Assembly: GCA_963833425.1 (NCBI GenBank)
Contig: CAWHXP010000011.1
Location: 1 to 64,000 of the forward strand
Direction: 5' to 3'
Origin: an uncultured Methanosarcinaceae archaeon
Lineage (GTDB): Archaea > Halobacteriota > Methanosarcinia > Methanosarcinales > Methanosarcinaceae
DNA length: 64,000 nt
The translations under genes were made by a program, and so were the position numbers. Positions 22,661-35,859 of this stretch are shown here, piece by piece. Each line of letters starts with the position of its first letter. Position 1 is the stretch's first letter. Below the pieces are notes generated by a model. It did not search any database. It was not told the DNA's origin and was given only the letters and a program-made list of their open reading frames with translations.

Positions 22661-24726
22661 ATGCATGAAAAAGAAGGACAAATTATATCCAACGTCTTTA
22701 GTTTTAACAACCTTTCTTTTATTCATACTTATCTATTTATCTACTGGCCTATTAACCACTGCACAAACCGTCTATCCAGTGGGCAGTCTTCCGATGTGGC
22801 GAACGGACACGACAATAATGTCTCTGTAATTAATGCTAACACAAACAAAGTTATAGCCATGGTGCCTGTAGGAAAAACCCCCCTTTTATGTGTAGTTGGG
22901 GGCTCGCAGCATGGATCAAAGATTTATGTAGCAAATTACGGTGAAGATACTGTCTCTGTAGTTGACATACTAACTAACCTCGTCACAACCACGTTGAAGG
23001 TAGGAAATAGTCCTTTAGGAATGACATTTAATCGATATAGATTCGAGATATATGTAGCGAACAGCGGCGATGATACCGTCTCTGTGATTGATACTACAAC
23101 TGACACAATCAAAACCACGTTTAACGTTGGAAACAAACCCTCAGCAGTTGCAGTCAGCTCAGATGGATCAAAGTTATATGTAACAAACACTGGGGAAGAT
23201 ACTGTATCTGTAATTGACACGGCAACAAACACTATCAGAACATTAGTGAACGTAGGAAATAATCCTTCTGGAATTGCAGCCAACCCGTATAGATCGCAGA
23301 TATATGTAGTTAACAGCCAAGATAACAATGTTTCTGTAATTGACACAATAACCGACACCATCACCACTACGTTGAACGTAGGAAGTAAACTTACAGCAGT
23401 TGCAGTCATACCGGATGGGAAAGAGGTATACATAGCGAATAGTGGTGATAACACTGTCTCCGTACTTGATACAGCTACAAACAAAGTTACAGCCACAGTG
23501 AATGTGGGAAGCGAACCCTCAGGAGTTGAAATTGGGAAATATGGATCAAAGGTATATGTAAGAAACACTGGTGACAATACTGTATCTGTAATTGATACAG
23601 CAACAAATACTGTCACTACCACATTAAAATTAGAAAATAATCCAGAAAAGGAAACATTTCATTCACCAGAATCTCCTACGCTTATGTTCGATACAATAAC
23701 TGCTTTAACTTCTTCAGCTAATCTATATACATCAGGCCAGCCAATAACGCTTACCGCTACAGTTGGTACGAAATTGGATAAAACAGAAAAGGTTTCAGGT
23801 ACAGTCACTTTCATAGACGGGACCACAAACATCGGAATTGGAACTATAAATTCTGGACAAGCAACCTTGAATATTTCAGCACTTTCAGTTGGCTCACATT
23901 CGATCACAGCCCAATATAGCGGTGATAATAATTCAAATCCAGTACATCATCTATTTTAATATTAACGATTCTAAATCAACCTGGTAAAGAACAACAATTT
24001 AATAACACAAGTCCAATAAATCAGTCTGGTTCAGAACTACAGCCTACTCACATAGAGAACCCCATGTTAGATACAATGACTGCTGTAACTTCTTCATCTA
24101 ATCGTTATACATTAGGCCAGGTAATAACACTAGTTGCTAAAGTTGGTACAAATTCGGGAGAAACAGTAAATCCTTCCGGCCTAGTAACTTTCTTGGATGG
24201 GACTACATCCTTAGGAAATGCAGATTTTACTTCTAGGCAGACAACTCTGAATATTTCATCACTTTCAGTTGGCTCACACTCGATCACAGCCAAATACAAC
24301 AGTGGTAATAACTTCAAACCCAGCACATCATCCATTTTAACTCTAAAAATTTTAAATCAGTCAGATTTAGAACCACGACCTATCCACATAGAGAATCCTG
24401 TGTTAGATACAATTACTGCTGTAACTTCTTCGGCTAATGAGTATACATCTGGCTAGCCAATAACATTTACTGCCAAAGTTGATATGACGTCACAAGGAAC
24501 AGAAAAGCCTTTAGGTACAGTTACTTTCATCGACGGGAACACTCAAATCGGGACTGAAGCTGTAAATTCTGGACAGGCACTTTTGACTACTTCAGTACTT
24601 TCAGTTGGCTCACATTCGATCACAGCCCAATATATTGTTAATACTTTAAACCCAGCACTTCACCAGCTTTTACATTAACTGTTAAAAAAGAGCTAATATT
24701 TCAACACCCATTATTTCCAGTAGCTT
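22661..24726 (+). pseudogene. Surface protein with YVTN beta-propeller and three Ig-like repeats, fragmented
   Basis: Seven YVxN/VSVIDT repeats; three GTVTF.DG...LSVGSHSITA.Y units; frameshift near 23935, in-frame TAG at 24454-24456, frameshift near 24635. Confidence 0.8.
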
Positions 24727-25240
24727 GTGGTATTTTTGTTACAGTAATTGGTGGTTTCATACTGTCAAAAATTCAAAAAAAATATTAAAAAAGCATAACA
24801 AATTAAAAAACCTTACTTGCTGTCGATTTTTAAATTGAATTAATTTGAGGGAATTATTTTATAAAATTGTGAGTTTTTATATATATCTTTATTCTGTTAC
24901 ATAATTTCTGTGTCCCTCACTCATTTTGAAACGGAATATAATCGAATGTATTGAAGTTGTGATACTCCATAAAAAACAAATCTGGGCGGAATTTATTTAT
25001 TACTATCAAGATAAATAATGCAGTGTTCATCCTACATTATAATCTTTAAAATGAGACAACACATCGAATTACGTATGTAGACAAATAAAGCAAATTGGAC
25101 AAAAAAATTATTTTGTCTAAAATCAATTTACTATGTGTTTTTACATAATCTTAAACTTGTGAGTGTTAAACAATAATAACACAAAAAAATTAAATTAAAA
25201 GTTGAGTTTGCGAATATATATTTATTATACTACTTATTGA

Positions 25241-25346
25241 TCAGTGAAAACAATAGAAACAGAAGTTGGATCAGTAAAATTATTGGCTCTGCGTCCTATT
25301 TTTTGCAGTGCAAGAAAATAATAAAGAACCAGTCATATTTTAAAGA
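25241..25346 (+). repeat. Dispersed ~105-bp non-coding repeat, copy A
   Basis: TCAGTGAAAACAATAGAA...GCTCTGCGTCCTA...ATAAAGAACCAGTC shared with 39363-39468. Confidence 0.75.
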
Positions 25347-26790
25347 CAATTCTCTCTCTTTTGATCGTTATTTTCCTCATTTTGATCGAATTTTTAAGAT
25401 TGAGTTTGATAGATAATATTAATACACACTGAAATAATTGAGGAGTTAAGCAAATTGAAGAGCAAATAAGTCAAAATTAAACAAAGTCAATAAATTTAAT
25501 ATTCTTTTTTGAATTATTAAATCATACATGACTAATCTAAGACTAGTTTGATGAAATTTTTTAAGGATTTCAAATTATTTTTTAACGAAGAGATGGAGTT
25601 TCATAGAAAATAAAATTTGTGCTAGCAAACTAAGAGGATTTCAATTAAACTTCTGATTTTCACGAATAATTAATGTATCAATTATAAGCATATGAAAAGC
25701 AGAAGGGGTTCTTTAACGCTTCTAAAATTTTTAATTTCTTATTGTAGAATATTTTTTTCCGATATTTATACACAAAACTATATGAGAGGTGATCAAATCA
25801 AAGCCATGACTAAAGTAATTAAATTCCAATGCATATTGCATCTGGGTTGGACGGTTGGTGGAGTCACCCTAAATATCGTGCTAAAAACAAACTCATTATA
25901 TATAGAAAAATCTATATTTTAAGGGTTAAACGAAAGCAAAGAAAGTTCAGAGTTCACTTCATCTACAATCTAAAGGACTGATTCGTGACATCATCACTTC
26001 CTTGAAATAACATCAAGTGTTGTCTTAGATCTCCAAATTATATATAGGGCGCAGAACCAATATCCCCCTGAAGTTTGATTTTTAGATCTTAATTTAATTA
26101 TAGACTGAGTATTTTGATTCCATAATATTGAATAGTGTTAAATCAACAGCAGTTATTGAACCTTAGTTTTAAGATCCACTATCCTGAAAACTTTGCTATT
26201 TATTTATCTGGATAAAGAATAAAAATTTCCAAAATAACTGAATTCTCTATAATTAAAAATAGTATCTGGAGAAATTTTTATTTTTTGTATTTTTGAGATG
26301 ATATCGTTAGTTACAGATTCAAGAAAATTGGTAAAAGACGCTATAACTTGAATAAAAAATTAATAACTTCTTGAGAGTAATGATTTGCTTCGTCAGATAG
26401 AATAGTATAACAATAATATATTAGATAATTCTGGGAAAATATCTACAGCAAACTGACTGTGCACACAGCAGAAATAAAGTCATCTTTCTTGGTTACAATC
26501 AACGATATATTACCTTCAATAATTTCTCCAGATCTTGTTTCGATTTATGAAAATAGTTTTGGAACTACGATATTCGAAACTACTGAACAATTTAATAGGT
26601 AGTACAAATCAACATACAACATCACTCTATATTTTAGAATGTACTTTGGATATTTGCAATTATATTTCCCGATTGATACTTATTTAGCTAATATTCAATT
26701 AAGGAGGAGTCAAATATAAGAAATTCAAAATGTTCTGGGGAAAAAGAACTATCTGCCGAACAAAAGTATGGTCAGACTAAATATACTAAA

Positions 26791-28131
26791 GTGAAAAATC
26801 ACAGAGCTTTGCTCGAGAGTTACGAACAAAGGTTGAAAAATCTTGATCCCGAACTTATCACCATAGGTGAAGAGATATTCTTAAAGGAAGCTTTTCTCCA
26901 TGCAAAAGAGGTTTTTGGGCCTGAGAAACTGGTAAAATGGTTTGCAATCAGAGCCGAACCTTTCTATAGGCCAGGATCCTGGGAAGTGGTGTTACCAATG
27001 TATGAAGAGCTGCTTGATATTGCAGAAAAAAAACTCGGGTCCGAAAATCCTGGAACTGCCACTGTATTAAATGGTCTGGCAAGAATTTACCGTTATATAG
27101 GAAACTACGAAGAGGCTCTCAAGCTTTTTTCAAGGGCGCTCAAAATTCATGAAATGTTCCCTAAAACTGAAAGAGCTGAGATCGGGGACACACTCAGTGA
27201 GATGGGTATTCTTAAATATCTGATGGACAAGCAAGCTCTTCCATATTATACTAAGGCACTGGAGATCCAAAAAAAATTTTTAAGCCCTGAAAACCTTGGT
27301 GCTGTTGTAACCCTGAACAGAATGGCTTTCTTTTATAGGGGAATGAAAAAACCCGAAAAAGCTGAAGAATTATTCAACCAAGCACTAGAATTTCTTGAAA
27401 CGTTTCAGGAGCTAAAGCCTGACGAACGCGTGATCATGACCTATAAAGCCGGCACCCTGAATAACTTTGGCATTCTGCTTTCCGAGACAGGAAAAATTGA
27501 GGAAGCTGAGGACAGATATGGGCAAGCTCTAAATCTCCAACATAAAGTATATGGCCCAGTACACCCACAGATAGCCCAGACCCTGAACAACCTTGCTCTA
27601 CTATATTTCCAGACGTCAAGGTATGAAAAAGCTCTGATCCTGAATGCCAAATCTCTCGAAATCATGGAAAAACTCGGAAAAACCGAACATCCTGGATTTG
27701 CCACAACCCTGAACAACCTTGCGGGCGTCTATGTACATAAAGGCCGCTATGAAAAAGCTCTGGAACTTTATAAGCGAGCTTTTGAAATCCGCGAGTACAT
27801 CCTAAGTCCAGATCATCCGGATGTTGCTAAGACCTTGAACAACCTGGGTGAGCTCTACAGAATCCTTGGCCATCACAAAGAAGCCCTACTTATGTATACC
27901 CGTGCTCTCAACATCTACAAAGCAACCTTTGGCACCGTGCATCCCGATGTAGGTACTACCCTCAACAATCTTGCAGGCCTCCACGAAAGCATGGGAGAAT
28001 ACAAAACCGCAATCGATCTATACGAAAAAGCTCTCGATACAATTCAAAAGGAATATGGACCTGATCATCCTTATTTCAAGATCACAAGGAATAATTTAAT
28101 TGGCCTTTATGATAAAATGGAACAGAGCTAG
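26791..28131 (+). CDS. Tetratricopeptide repeat protein (42-aa kinesin-light-chain-type repeats)
   Basis: Repeated HP.xA.TLNNLA..Y...G.Y..A units. Confidence 0.9.
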   Translation: MKNHRALLESYEQRLKNLDPELITIGEEIFLKEAFLHAKEVFGPEKLVKWFAIRAEPFYRPGSWEVVLPMYEELLDIAEKKLGSENPGTATVLNGLARIYRYIGNYEEALKLFSRALKIHEMFPKTERAEIGDTLSEMGILKYLMDKQALPYYTKALEIQKKFLSPENLGAVVTLNRMAFFYRGMKKPEKAEELFNQALEFLETFQELKPDERVIMTYKAGTLNNFGILLSETGKIEEAEDRYGQALNLQHKVYGPVHPQIAQTLNNLALLYFQTSRYEKALILNAKSLEIMEKLGKTEHPGFATTLNNLAGVYVHKGRYEKALELYKRAFEIREYILSPDHPDVAKTLNNLGELYRILGHHKEALLMYTRALNIYKATFGTVHPDVGTTLNNLAGLHESMGEYKTAIDLYEKALDTIQKEYGPDHPYFKITRNNLIGLYDKMEQS

Positions 28132-29478
28132 ATAAATTGAAATTCAGAAGAGCGAATAGAAAGAATAACGTTTAACATTTAATTAGTTTGCCTCAATGCA
28201 GCAGAATTTAGCTTTTGACGTTTTAATAGCGCTGGTGCTTTGAGAAACTCTCAAACTGAATCAATTTCATAAATACATATTTTTTATAATTATGAATATG
28301 AGGCAATAAAGCAAATAACATAATCCTTTATTGAGTCAAACAATACTTCTGCAAAAAATATATTTTGAAAAGCACTTTGAATCCAATTTTCAAACAAAAA
28401 CTCTTTCTTCTGTACCTAAATGTATTGATGATTTTAAACTTGCTTCTCCTTCCTTACAGGAAATATTTGACAAAATGGCGATTTACTGTTACAAATGCTC
28501 TAAAACCAGTCATTAAGCCATTTTCTCTCAACTTCTCCTTGATCTTCTGATATCTCCTTATCTGTTCGAGCAAAAGTCATCCAAGATATAGCGAAAATGA
28601 TATCCTTAACATGAAGAATTAGGCATAAATAAAATCACATATTGAATGAAAATATTTGAGTTAAACAATTCCTCCAAATCCAGAGAATTAGCGCGAAAAT
28701 AATTCGTACTTACAGCGTGATAGAATCGAAACTTTGATTTGCAGTTTCAATTACATATACAGTGTTCCTGTCTGGTTTCGCAGCATATATCTTTATTTTA
28801 TTCGACTGGCTTCACCACAAAATGATAAATTCCTACATGAAAGTGAGACTATTGAATCATTTTTTTATTTATTCATGTATCTGTCCTTTTTCCCAAATAC
28901 TATTCATTAAAGAAAATCAGAAGAGAATCATCTCCAATGGAAAATATTCATCAATCTGCTCCTTAGTATTGCAATATCTCAAATTTTTGGTATCAAATTA
29001 CTTATAGAGTGGTTATAGCTATGGAATTTGTCATTTTCTTACGCATACATTCACTTCTGGTTACAAATAGCAACATTTTCCAAGGTAGAAAGAACAATAC
29101 CTTGAAACCCTAGTTTGACAGTTTGATTTTTATGTTGGGAGATGTTTTCATATTTTAGAAGAATGAAGAAGTAATATTATGATCAATAAATTTTTGTCCA
29201 ATTATTTATGATTCATTTGACAGATAATTATATGTACTAAGATTGTTATTTTTTTTCAAATTTTTATCGAATATTTTGATTTTGAATTTGACAGATTATA
29301 CTGATAAAAAACAAATATTTAATAAGTGTATAAATTTGTGCAGAAAAAACGATAAAATGGAATCAGATTATAACTTAATTCCACCCTACTCCAGAGGGTT
29401 GGAAAATGACAGATCTGATATAATTTTAATAATATTTTTGAAGACCGTAAATTGGTATTTGATTAGAATCTGCGATTC

Positions 29479-29584
29479 ATTCCAAATGGAATTCATATTA
29501 TCAAACTAAGATTATGTTTTTTTTCAAAATAATTCCAAATGGAATTCATATTATCAAACTAAGATTATGTTTTTTTTCAAAATA
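29479..29584. repeat. Perfect 53-bp tandem duplication
   Basis: ATTCCAAATGGAATTCATATTATCAAACTAAGATTATGT8CAAAATA twice. Confidence 0.9.
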
Positions 29585-30123
29585 TCATATTATTGATGAA
29601 GAAATACCATATTTTCATTTACCGCAAATTATTAATACTTAGCATATCGTGTTTATCGAGATGACCAGAATTACTAATCGCTTACACAAAAACGTGTTGA
29701 GTGTTATTATGGACATTTTAGAAATGGATCATTTCCACGAGCCTGAACTTGAAGAGGTCCAGTTTTTCCTTGAAAGCACCGGAACTCACGGCTCTATTGT
29801 TAATGAAAATGCTGTGGAAATGAACTGTACATCCTCCAAAGTCCAATCAAGGGAGAATGTATTGATCGATTTCAATAATTCCTTTCCATCCATTAACTAA
29901 CACCCTCCCTAAAAAATTTAGACCCCCTTACTGAGACCCAAACCTTTAACTATTTCCATTTTGAAGTTAATTTTGGATTTCAGTCTGTTTTTTGGTACTT
30001 TAATCTGTTTTTACCTATTTCTGTCCTTATTTCCAGAATGTATTAATGTCAATTTCTCTTGATATTCTAATTTAGATTAAATACGTGACTAATCTTATTC
30101 TTCATGTCCTTTGATGCCTGTAA

Positions 30124-30209
30124 GGGGATTTCAATAAACCCCGAATTTTCAAGAGTTATTTATATTAGTTATAAGATATGATAAAATTTAGGAGTTCATT
30201 GAAATCCTC
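30124..30209. mobile_element. 86-bp MITE with IS5-type TIRs
   Basis: GGGGATTTCAATAAACCCC ... GGAGTTCATTGAAATCCTC followed by TATA. Confidence 0.65.
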
Positions 30210-30828
30210 TATATTTTTCTGAGTTTAGAAGTGTAGTTTTTGCTGTTAGTACTTAGTCATATGGACTACTAAAAAAAAATTTTTCAAATTCTAAATAGAG
30301 TGATCACTTTAGGCAATATCAAGTAAAACTAGATGAATACAAAGCATAAATATTCAGCTTACTGAAAACAATTTGACCAATATCAATTTCGACGCGATGA
30401 ATACTTTGATCACTAATTGATTAGAAAAAACATGATAAATAACCGACTATTAAAAAGTCCGTCGAAATTTGCTCAATAAATCTTAGTAAAGATGGTTAAA
30501 TATATTGATTTTTCAAGCAGGGTAGTTAAAAAATAGCTTAATTTAACTCTGGAGAGACGATACAATAAAAAATAAAATAGACATCATTTAGCATAGTGCT
30601 CATTCTACCCCAATTACATTACAAGTAAACTGATTCAACGCTTATCAGGCCAATTTAAATTGAATATTTTTTCCTCTATCAATAGCATTTGAGGCCAATA
30701 CTGTGAAAGAAAAAAATCAATATTTTCATCATTTTTCTGCAAACCTAGTGAAAAATTGTAGTATTTTATCGGATATATGACACACTTTGTGAGAGTACGA
30801 ACTAAAAATTAATAATTACTTACATGCT

Positions 30829-31752
30829 TCAAATCTCTCCGAGCTCCCAACCCAAGTACTCTTTTATAATTACATATGCTATGGCAGGAGAAATTATCCC
30901 GACATCAGTTACTATCATGTCGATGTATCTGGCAGGAGTGAAATCAAAAGCCGGATTTTTTACCTGCAAATGAGATAGATCTGCAATTAATAAAGGATCG
31001 ATAATTTCTTCTGAACTTCTTTCTTCGATTTCGATGAGATCTCCAACAATTGTACTTGGGCTAAACTTGAAGGTCTCTGCAGCTACCATGAAAATCTTTC
31101 TCGCCTCATGGGCAGCAAGAGCAAGTTGAGAAGTCCCAATTTTATTTACCAGGGTACCATTAGTCGAAATAGCATCAGCTCCAACAATGACCATGTCCAC
31201 GTCTTTCATGTAATAACGCACTGCAGAGTCCACAATAAGAGTTGTAGGAATCCCAAATTTATTAAGATGATGGATCGTCGATAGACCCTGGCGCCTAGGG
31301 CGACTTTCTGTGGCAATTACTGAAATGGCCTTCCCATCCTCAAAAGCCGTAGTGATAATGGAAAGAGCAGCACTAGAATTGCAGTGGGTCATAATGATAT
31401 CTCCATTTTTGATTCTTCTTGCACCTATTTTCCCAATTTTTTCGAGAGCTTTTTCAGCTCTATCGATGAAGAGATTTGCGTTCCCAATGATTTCCTTCTT
31501 TGCTTCTTCTATATTTCCTGAAGAATATTTCGTAGCAAGTTTTACGGCATTCGGGAGAGAAACAGCTGTAGGACGGGTACTTATAAGTAAACTAGAAGCA
31601 TCTCGAATGCAAGTATCAAATTTCTCCATTGAAACTACTTTTAGGCCTGCAGCATAATCTCTGACGGCTTCAGCAGCAGCTTTTGCAATCCGGCTTGCTC
31701 CCCGGAGTTCCATCGTCCTAATTTTTTCTGCGGTTTCCTTCAGTTTTTGCAT
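30829..31752 (-). CDS. Ribose-1,5-bisphosphate isomerase (eIF-2B-like)
   Basis: MELRGA, TRPTAVSLPNA, MTHCNS, TESRPRRQG, VGADAI, NKIGT, NPAFDFTP. Confidence 0.88.
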   Translation of the reverse strand: MQKLKETAEKIRTMELRGASRIAKAAAEAVRDYAAGLKVVSMEKFDTCIRDASSLLISTRPTAVSLPNAVKLATKYSSGNIEEAKKEIIGNANLFIDRAEKALEKIGKIGARRIKNGDIIMTHCNSSAALSIITTAFEDGKAISVIATESRPRRQGLSTIHHLNKFGIPTTLIVDSAVRYYMKDVDMVIVGADAISTNGTLVNKIGTSQLALAAHEARKIFMVAAETFKFSPSTIVGDLIEIEERSSEEIIDPLLIADLSHLQVKNPAFDFTPARYIDMIVTDVGIISPAIAYVIIKEYLGWELGEI

Positions 31753-32204
31753 ATTATCAGAAATAGCAAGAGTTCAATTTATAGCTATCTTCTAGTATTT
31801 TCGGAATATTCTCAAATAATAATTCAGATTATATTTTTTATCATAGACATCCCTTTAGTAAGCAAATAGACATCCTCCACATTGGAGAGGGCAGAGTAAA
31901 ATACATGGCATCTTCTCTATAATCAAACATCTCGGAAGAAAATCGACAAACTGATCAAGGAAATTATATTTGTTAATATGAGTACAAAAATCGTTCAATT
32001 TTAAAACAGAGTTTTATAGTAGCATATAAATAATTTGTATATAATATCAATAGAGTTACAAATAATTGCATCTTCAAAGAAGCAAATCTCGATGACTAAT
32101 TAGAATGTGATATTTACTCAGTGAATCTGCCGAAGATAGGTTAATTGGAAGACAAACAGTATAAAACTTTGATTAAATTGGCTGAAGATTTGGAGAGTAT
32201 ATAA

Positions 32205-32495
32205 ATGGAAAACCAGCCATATGATAGATCAATAAAGATATTGACAATTTTACTGGTAGTTTTTTTTGTAGTAGTATTAACCGTTGCCATAGCAAACTTA
32301 TTGGCCGTTAAAGGCCCCAAGTACGAGCAAGGCTATGGAGCCGGCTACAGAATCAGCTACCGAGCTGCTTTCAACGGTGATTTTTATGATATCAAAGTTG
32401 GTTTAGGTCAGAATTCTAGCTATAACGAAGGCTACAGGAATGGCTATGATGAAGGCTACCCTGATGGTCAATCAGACAAAAAAAGCCTTCATTAG
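32205..32495 (+). CDS. Small exported/membrane-anchored protein with GY-rich repeats
   Basis: N-terminal hydrophobic segment; YEQGY, YNEGYRNGYDEGY; GGAGAG upstream. Confidence 0.65.
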   Translation: MENQPYDRSIKILTILLVVFFVVVLTVAIANLLAVKGPKYEQGYGAGYRISYRAAFNGDFYDIKVGLGQNSSYNEGYRNGYDEGYPDGQSDKKSLH

Positions 32496-33769
32496 CGGGA
32501 TAATTAAGACAAACGGCATCAAAAATCGTCACAAAAAAGTTTTAAAGACATGGAATAATTTTTTATTTATTTCTTTTTTAGTATTTTCTATGCTTCATCC
32601 CCACGTTTAAGACCAATGAAAAATTTTTGATACTTCACTAAATTAATGTTTCCAATTTAATAAAATAAAGATTAATATAATATTTATACATAGTTTTTGT
32701 GAAGAAACAATGCGTGTTACCTTTTAAAGAAAATTTAATGATCATTCCCCAAAAGCTACTAAAATCTGGAACTTACGCGGTGAAAAGAGAATTAAATAAC
32801 ATTATATATTTCATTGTATAAAATAAAAAGTTAAACGACAATTTTTGTTGTGTTTGTATTTTTACTTTAAGTTCATAAATCTTATATAATTCATACGATA
32901 CAGATAGTAAATAGATTATATTTAAGCAATGAGTAGACTCCTTTTTCGTTGTCATTCTCAACGATTTAATGTCTTCAATAGCTTGTTTGTGACTAGCCTG
33001 TCTGGGGAAAAGTTGATTTAACATGATAACAAATGATATGTGAAAGGATAATTATTTTAAATGTTGTTATGTAATAATTAACTCATATTTATTAGTTCCA
33101 TTTCTCAAAATTTTAATTCATAAAATGGTGATACGCAACTGAAACAATTTAAAATCATACTTCATTGGCATATGATGCTCTGTTACAAAATTAAATGATT
33201 TTTACATGTCTTAACTGTATTTTGCTACCGAGTCGGCATATGCTATGAAAATATGGAAAATTTAGATAAAGTTCTGATTTTCTCGAGTTGTTTGTATGTC
33301 ATCTATAATCATATGGCAAAATTTAGGGTTCATCGCGATCCTCTTTGAGTTCTCTTATATTATTTGATAGAGTTCATTTCCAAAATGAACTTAGTACCAT
33401 TTATCCGTATTCTTTTTCGCCTTTTAGCGAGTTTATTTATAACATATATTCTACAGTGAACGAAAATGCAAAAATTCGTTTAATTTGAAATTTAATTAGA
33501 AGGTAATAACTACTTCATAGCAAAAGAACCCAATCTTGTTAAATCAAGTATGTACATATTTCTACTAAACTTAAGTGCAAAGTTGAACCACAGAAATACT
33601 GCAAACATGGACAAAAAGAAACAAGGAAACAATTTTTCTGTGAGTCTCCACCTTTTTCTCTTGGTTATAGCATTTCTAGAGACTTAAGCTTAAATAATTA
33701 TACTTGAAAATAATTACACTTGAAGATACAGATTAAACGAAAGATGTATAATAATATTCATGGAGAAGA

Positions 33770-34225
33770 TTAGGAATTAATTGATTTCAAGACTGCAATT
33801 TCGCTGCAGTCTGGAAACTTTGGGCATCTCTGGCAGCCGGACCATATTTTTCTGGGAAGGCTATTTTTGTCCACTACCTTAAAACCCAGAGTCGCAAAAA
33901 AATTAGGCACATAAGTAAGAGCAAATACCTCTTTTATATCAAAGTATTTGGCATCATCGAGGCAGGCTGAGACAAGCTTTGTGCCTATTCCTTTTCTTGA
34001 AAATTCGGGTTTCACGGCAAGGGCAAGTATCTCTGCAAGGTCTTCCCAGACCACATGGAGAGCTCCACATCCTACAATTTCTTCATTGGTTTCACATACA
34101 TAATAATCCCTGATATTCTCATATATCTCACTAAGAGAACGAGCTAGCATGAGCTCGTCCTTGGAATAAATACTGATAATCTGCCTCATTACAAAAACAT
34201 CATTTATCCTGGCTTTCCTAATCAA
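33770..34225 (-). CDS. GNAT N-acetyltransferase (short ArgA-like amino-acid acetyltransferase)
   Basis: MLARSLSEIYENIRDY, GCGALHVVWEDLAEI, RKGIG, LPRKIWSGC..CPKFP.C.E. Confidence 0.85.
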   Translation of the reverse strand: MIRKARINDVFVMRQIISIYSKDELMLARSLSEIYENIRDYYVCETNEEIVGCGALHVVWEDLAEILALAVKPEFSRKGIGTKLVSACLDDAKYFDIKEVFALTYVPNFFATLGFKVVDKNSLPRKIWSGCQRCPKFPDCSEIAVLKSINS

Positions 34226-34490
34226 TTACTTTTCCCTCTGGAGTAGCACTGTATTTTTCAATAGATCGATATTGTCCTGGACTTCTTATTTCGCCAATTC
34301 ACTTAACTAGCTACGAAACTATTCTTTTTTCAGATATAAAATTTTCCTAGAGATTACAGAATATGTCCACCTAATTTAGTGAAATTTAACTTCTCCTACT
34401 GAATAGATACTCGATATTTCGAGTGTAATAGCCGATCGAAAAATACTCATTTTAGGAAGAAGCTGGAGAGAACAGATTAGAGGAAATTGA

Positions 34491-34565
34491 CGGGCGCGAA
34501 GGGATTTGAACCCCCGATTCACAGCTTAGGAGGCTGGTGCCATATCCGGGCTAGGCCACGCGCCC
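34491..34565 (-). tRNA. tRNA-Arg(CCT)
   Basis: - strand GGGCGCGTGGCCTAGCCCGGATATGGCACCAGCCT-CCT-AAGCTGTGAATCGGGGGTTCAAATCCCTTCGCGCCCG; acceptor GGGCGCG/CGCGCCC, T-loop TTCAAAT; no CCA. Confidence 0.93.
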
Positions 34566-35223
34566 ATTATACAATTCCAGAGAGAATTCAACCATATGAC
34601 TGTTTACTGAATCAGCATTTCAGGTGAAGTATCCATAATAGCGATATAAGATATATATAGTTATCTTTCAGATAACGATCGATTCCATCTGAAAAACAAG
34701 ACTGATTTCCTGGAAAGTATAATCAAAATGCAAAATTATAGAACTTAATCATGTTGGCAATACTCTTATAATTTAAGAGACTCTTCAATATGAGCTGGGA
34801 TTGAAAAAGTACCATTAATTCCACTAGTAATTGGTTGCAATCAATCCAAAAACCAAAAAACAATATAATGGAACCACTTCAATAGATTCTCTGTCACATA
34901 GAGGTTAACTACTAACAGTTTAGAACGTACTATTCGAAGTACAAAATAGAGTGCCTTTTTATACTCTGTGTTTCAAAATTCCTTTTCGTATCGTTATATG
35001 CATAACGATATTTATTTCCCAATTAAATCGTATAAGTCTTATAGTTCTTATATTTACTTATAGGAACTGATCAAGTAACATAGACTAGTTTCAGTTCTAT
35101 TAAAACTTCACTTTCTATCAAGTCTATACTCATCTATCTTTTTTGACTATACAATCTTGACATACTTTCACAAAGCAAAAAATGAGAAGATCTAGACAAA
35201 TGAGATGAAAAGAGGGAAAAGCG

Positions 35224-35780
35224 TGCACATAAAATACAGTCACGCGTATTCAGCAAATACTCGTAACTCAGAATGATGGTTCTTGCATCTTTTTTTTGCA
35301 GCCCTTACAGTCCCAGGTACATACATAATGATTCCTGTACCTTTATCCCCTGCTCCTATAACACTGCAGGTTTTCTTTGTTCTACTTGCTGGCAGTATAT
35401 TGGGAAACAAATGGAGCAGTCTAAGTACGGTTGTGTACATACTTCTTGGTATTGTAGGGCTTCCAGTATTTGCAAGAGGCGGTTCAGAGTTAGGAATGCT
35501 TTTTGGGCTCACAGGTGGGTGAATTTTGTTTCATTTTAGCTGCCTATCCAATAGGAAGGTTTTCTAGGAAGACTGGCAATGGTGTTCAATCCAGTTTTTT
35601 CATTAATGTTCTTAATTTGTTTGCAGGAATCCTGGTTATTTATGCATTTGAAGCTTTCCGGTTAATGATGGTGACTGACTTGGAGCTTGGAATTTTTTTT
35701 TTTCTTGGTGTCATCCCTTTTCTGCCTGGAGATATTATCAAAACATCATTGCAGCCTATATAATTTCTCTCATGAATCTA
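35224..35780 (+). pseudogene. bioY: BioY biotin ECF substrate component, frameshifted
   Basis: PVPLSPAPITLQVFFVLLAG, YILLGIVGLPVFA.GGS, GLTGG*, PFLPGDIIK. Confidence 0.8.
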
Positions 35781-35859
35781 AAAGTCCATACTTTGGGTTA
35801 CTACAGTCAATTATCTAGCAGCTTGCTGTGGGTATGGGAGTTACTTGTAGATCCGTTTA

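Noticed and set aside
28510..29900. Coding-like minus-strand fragments
   Set aside because: Probably decayed genes, but no motif allowed a product call.
34300..34565. tRNA-Arg as attachment site of an integrated element
   Set aside because: No duplicate of the tRNA 3' end seen elsewhere in the window and no intact integrase.
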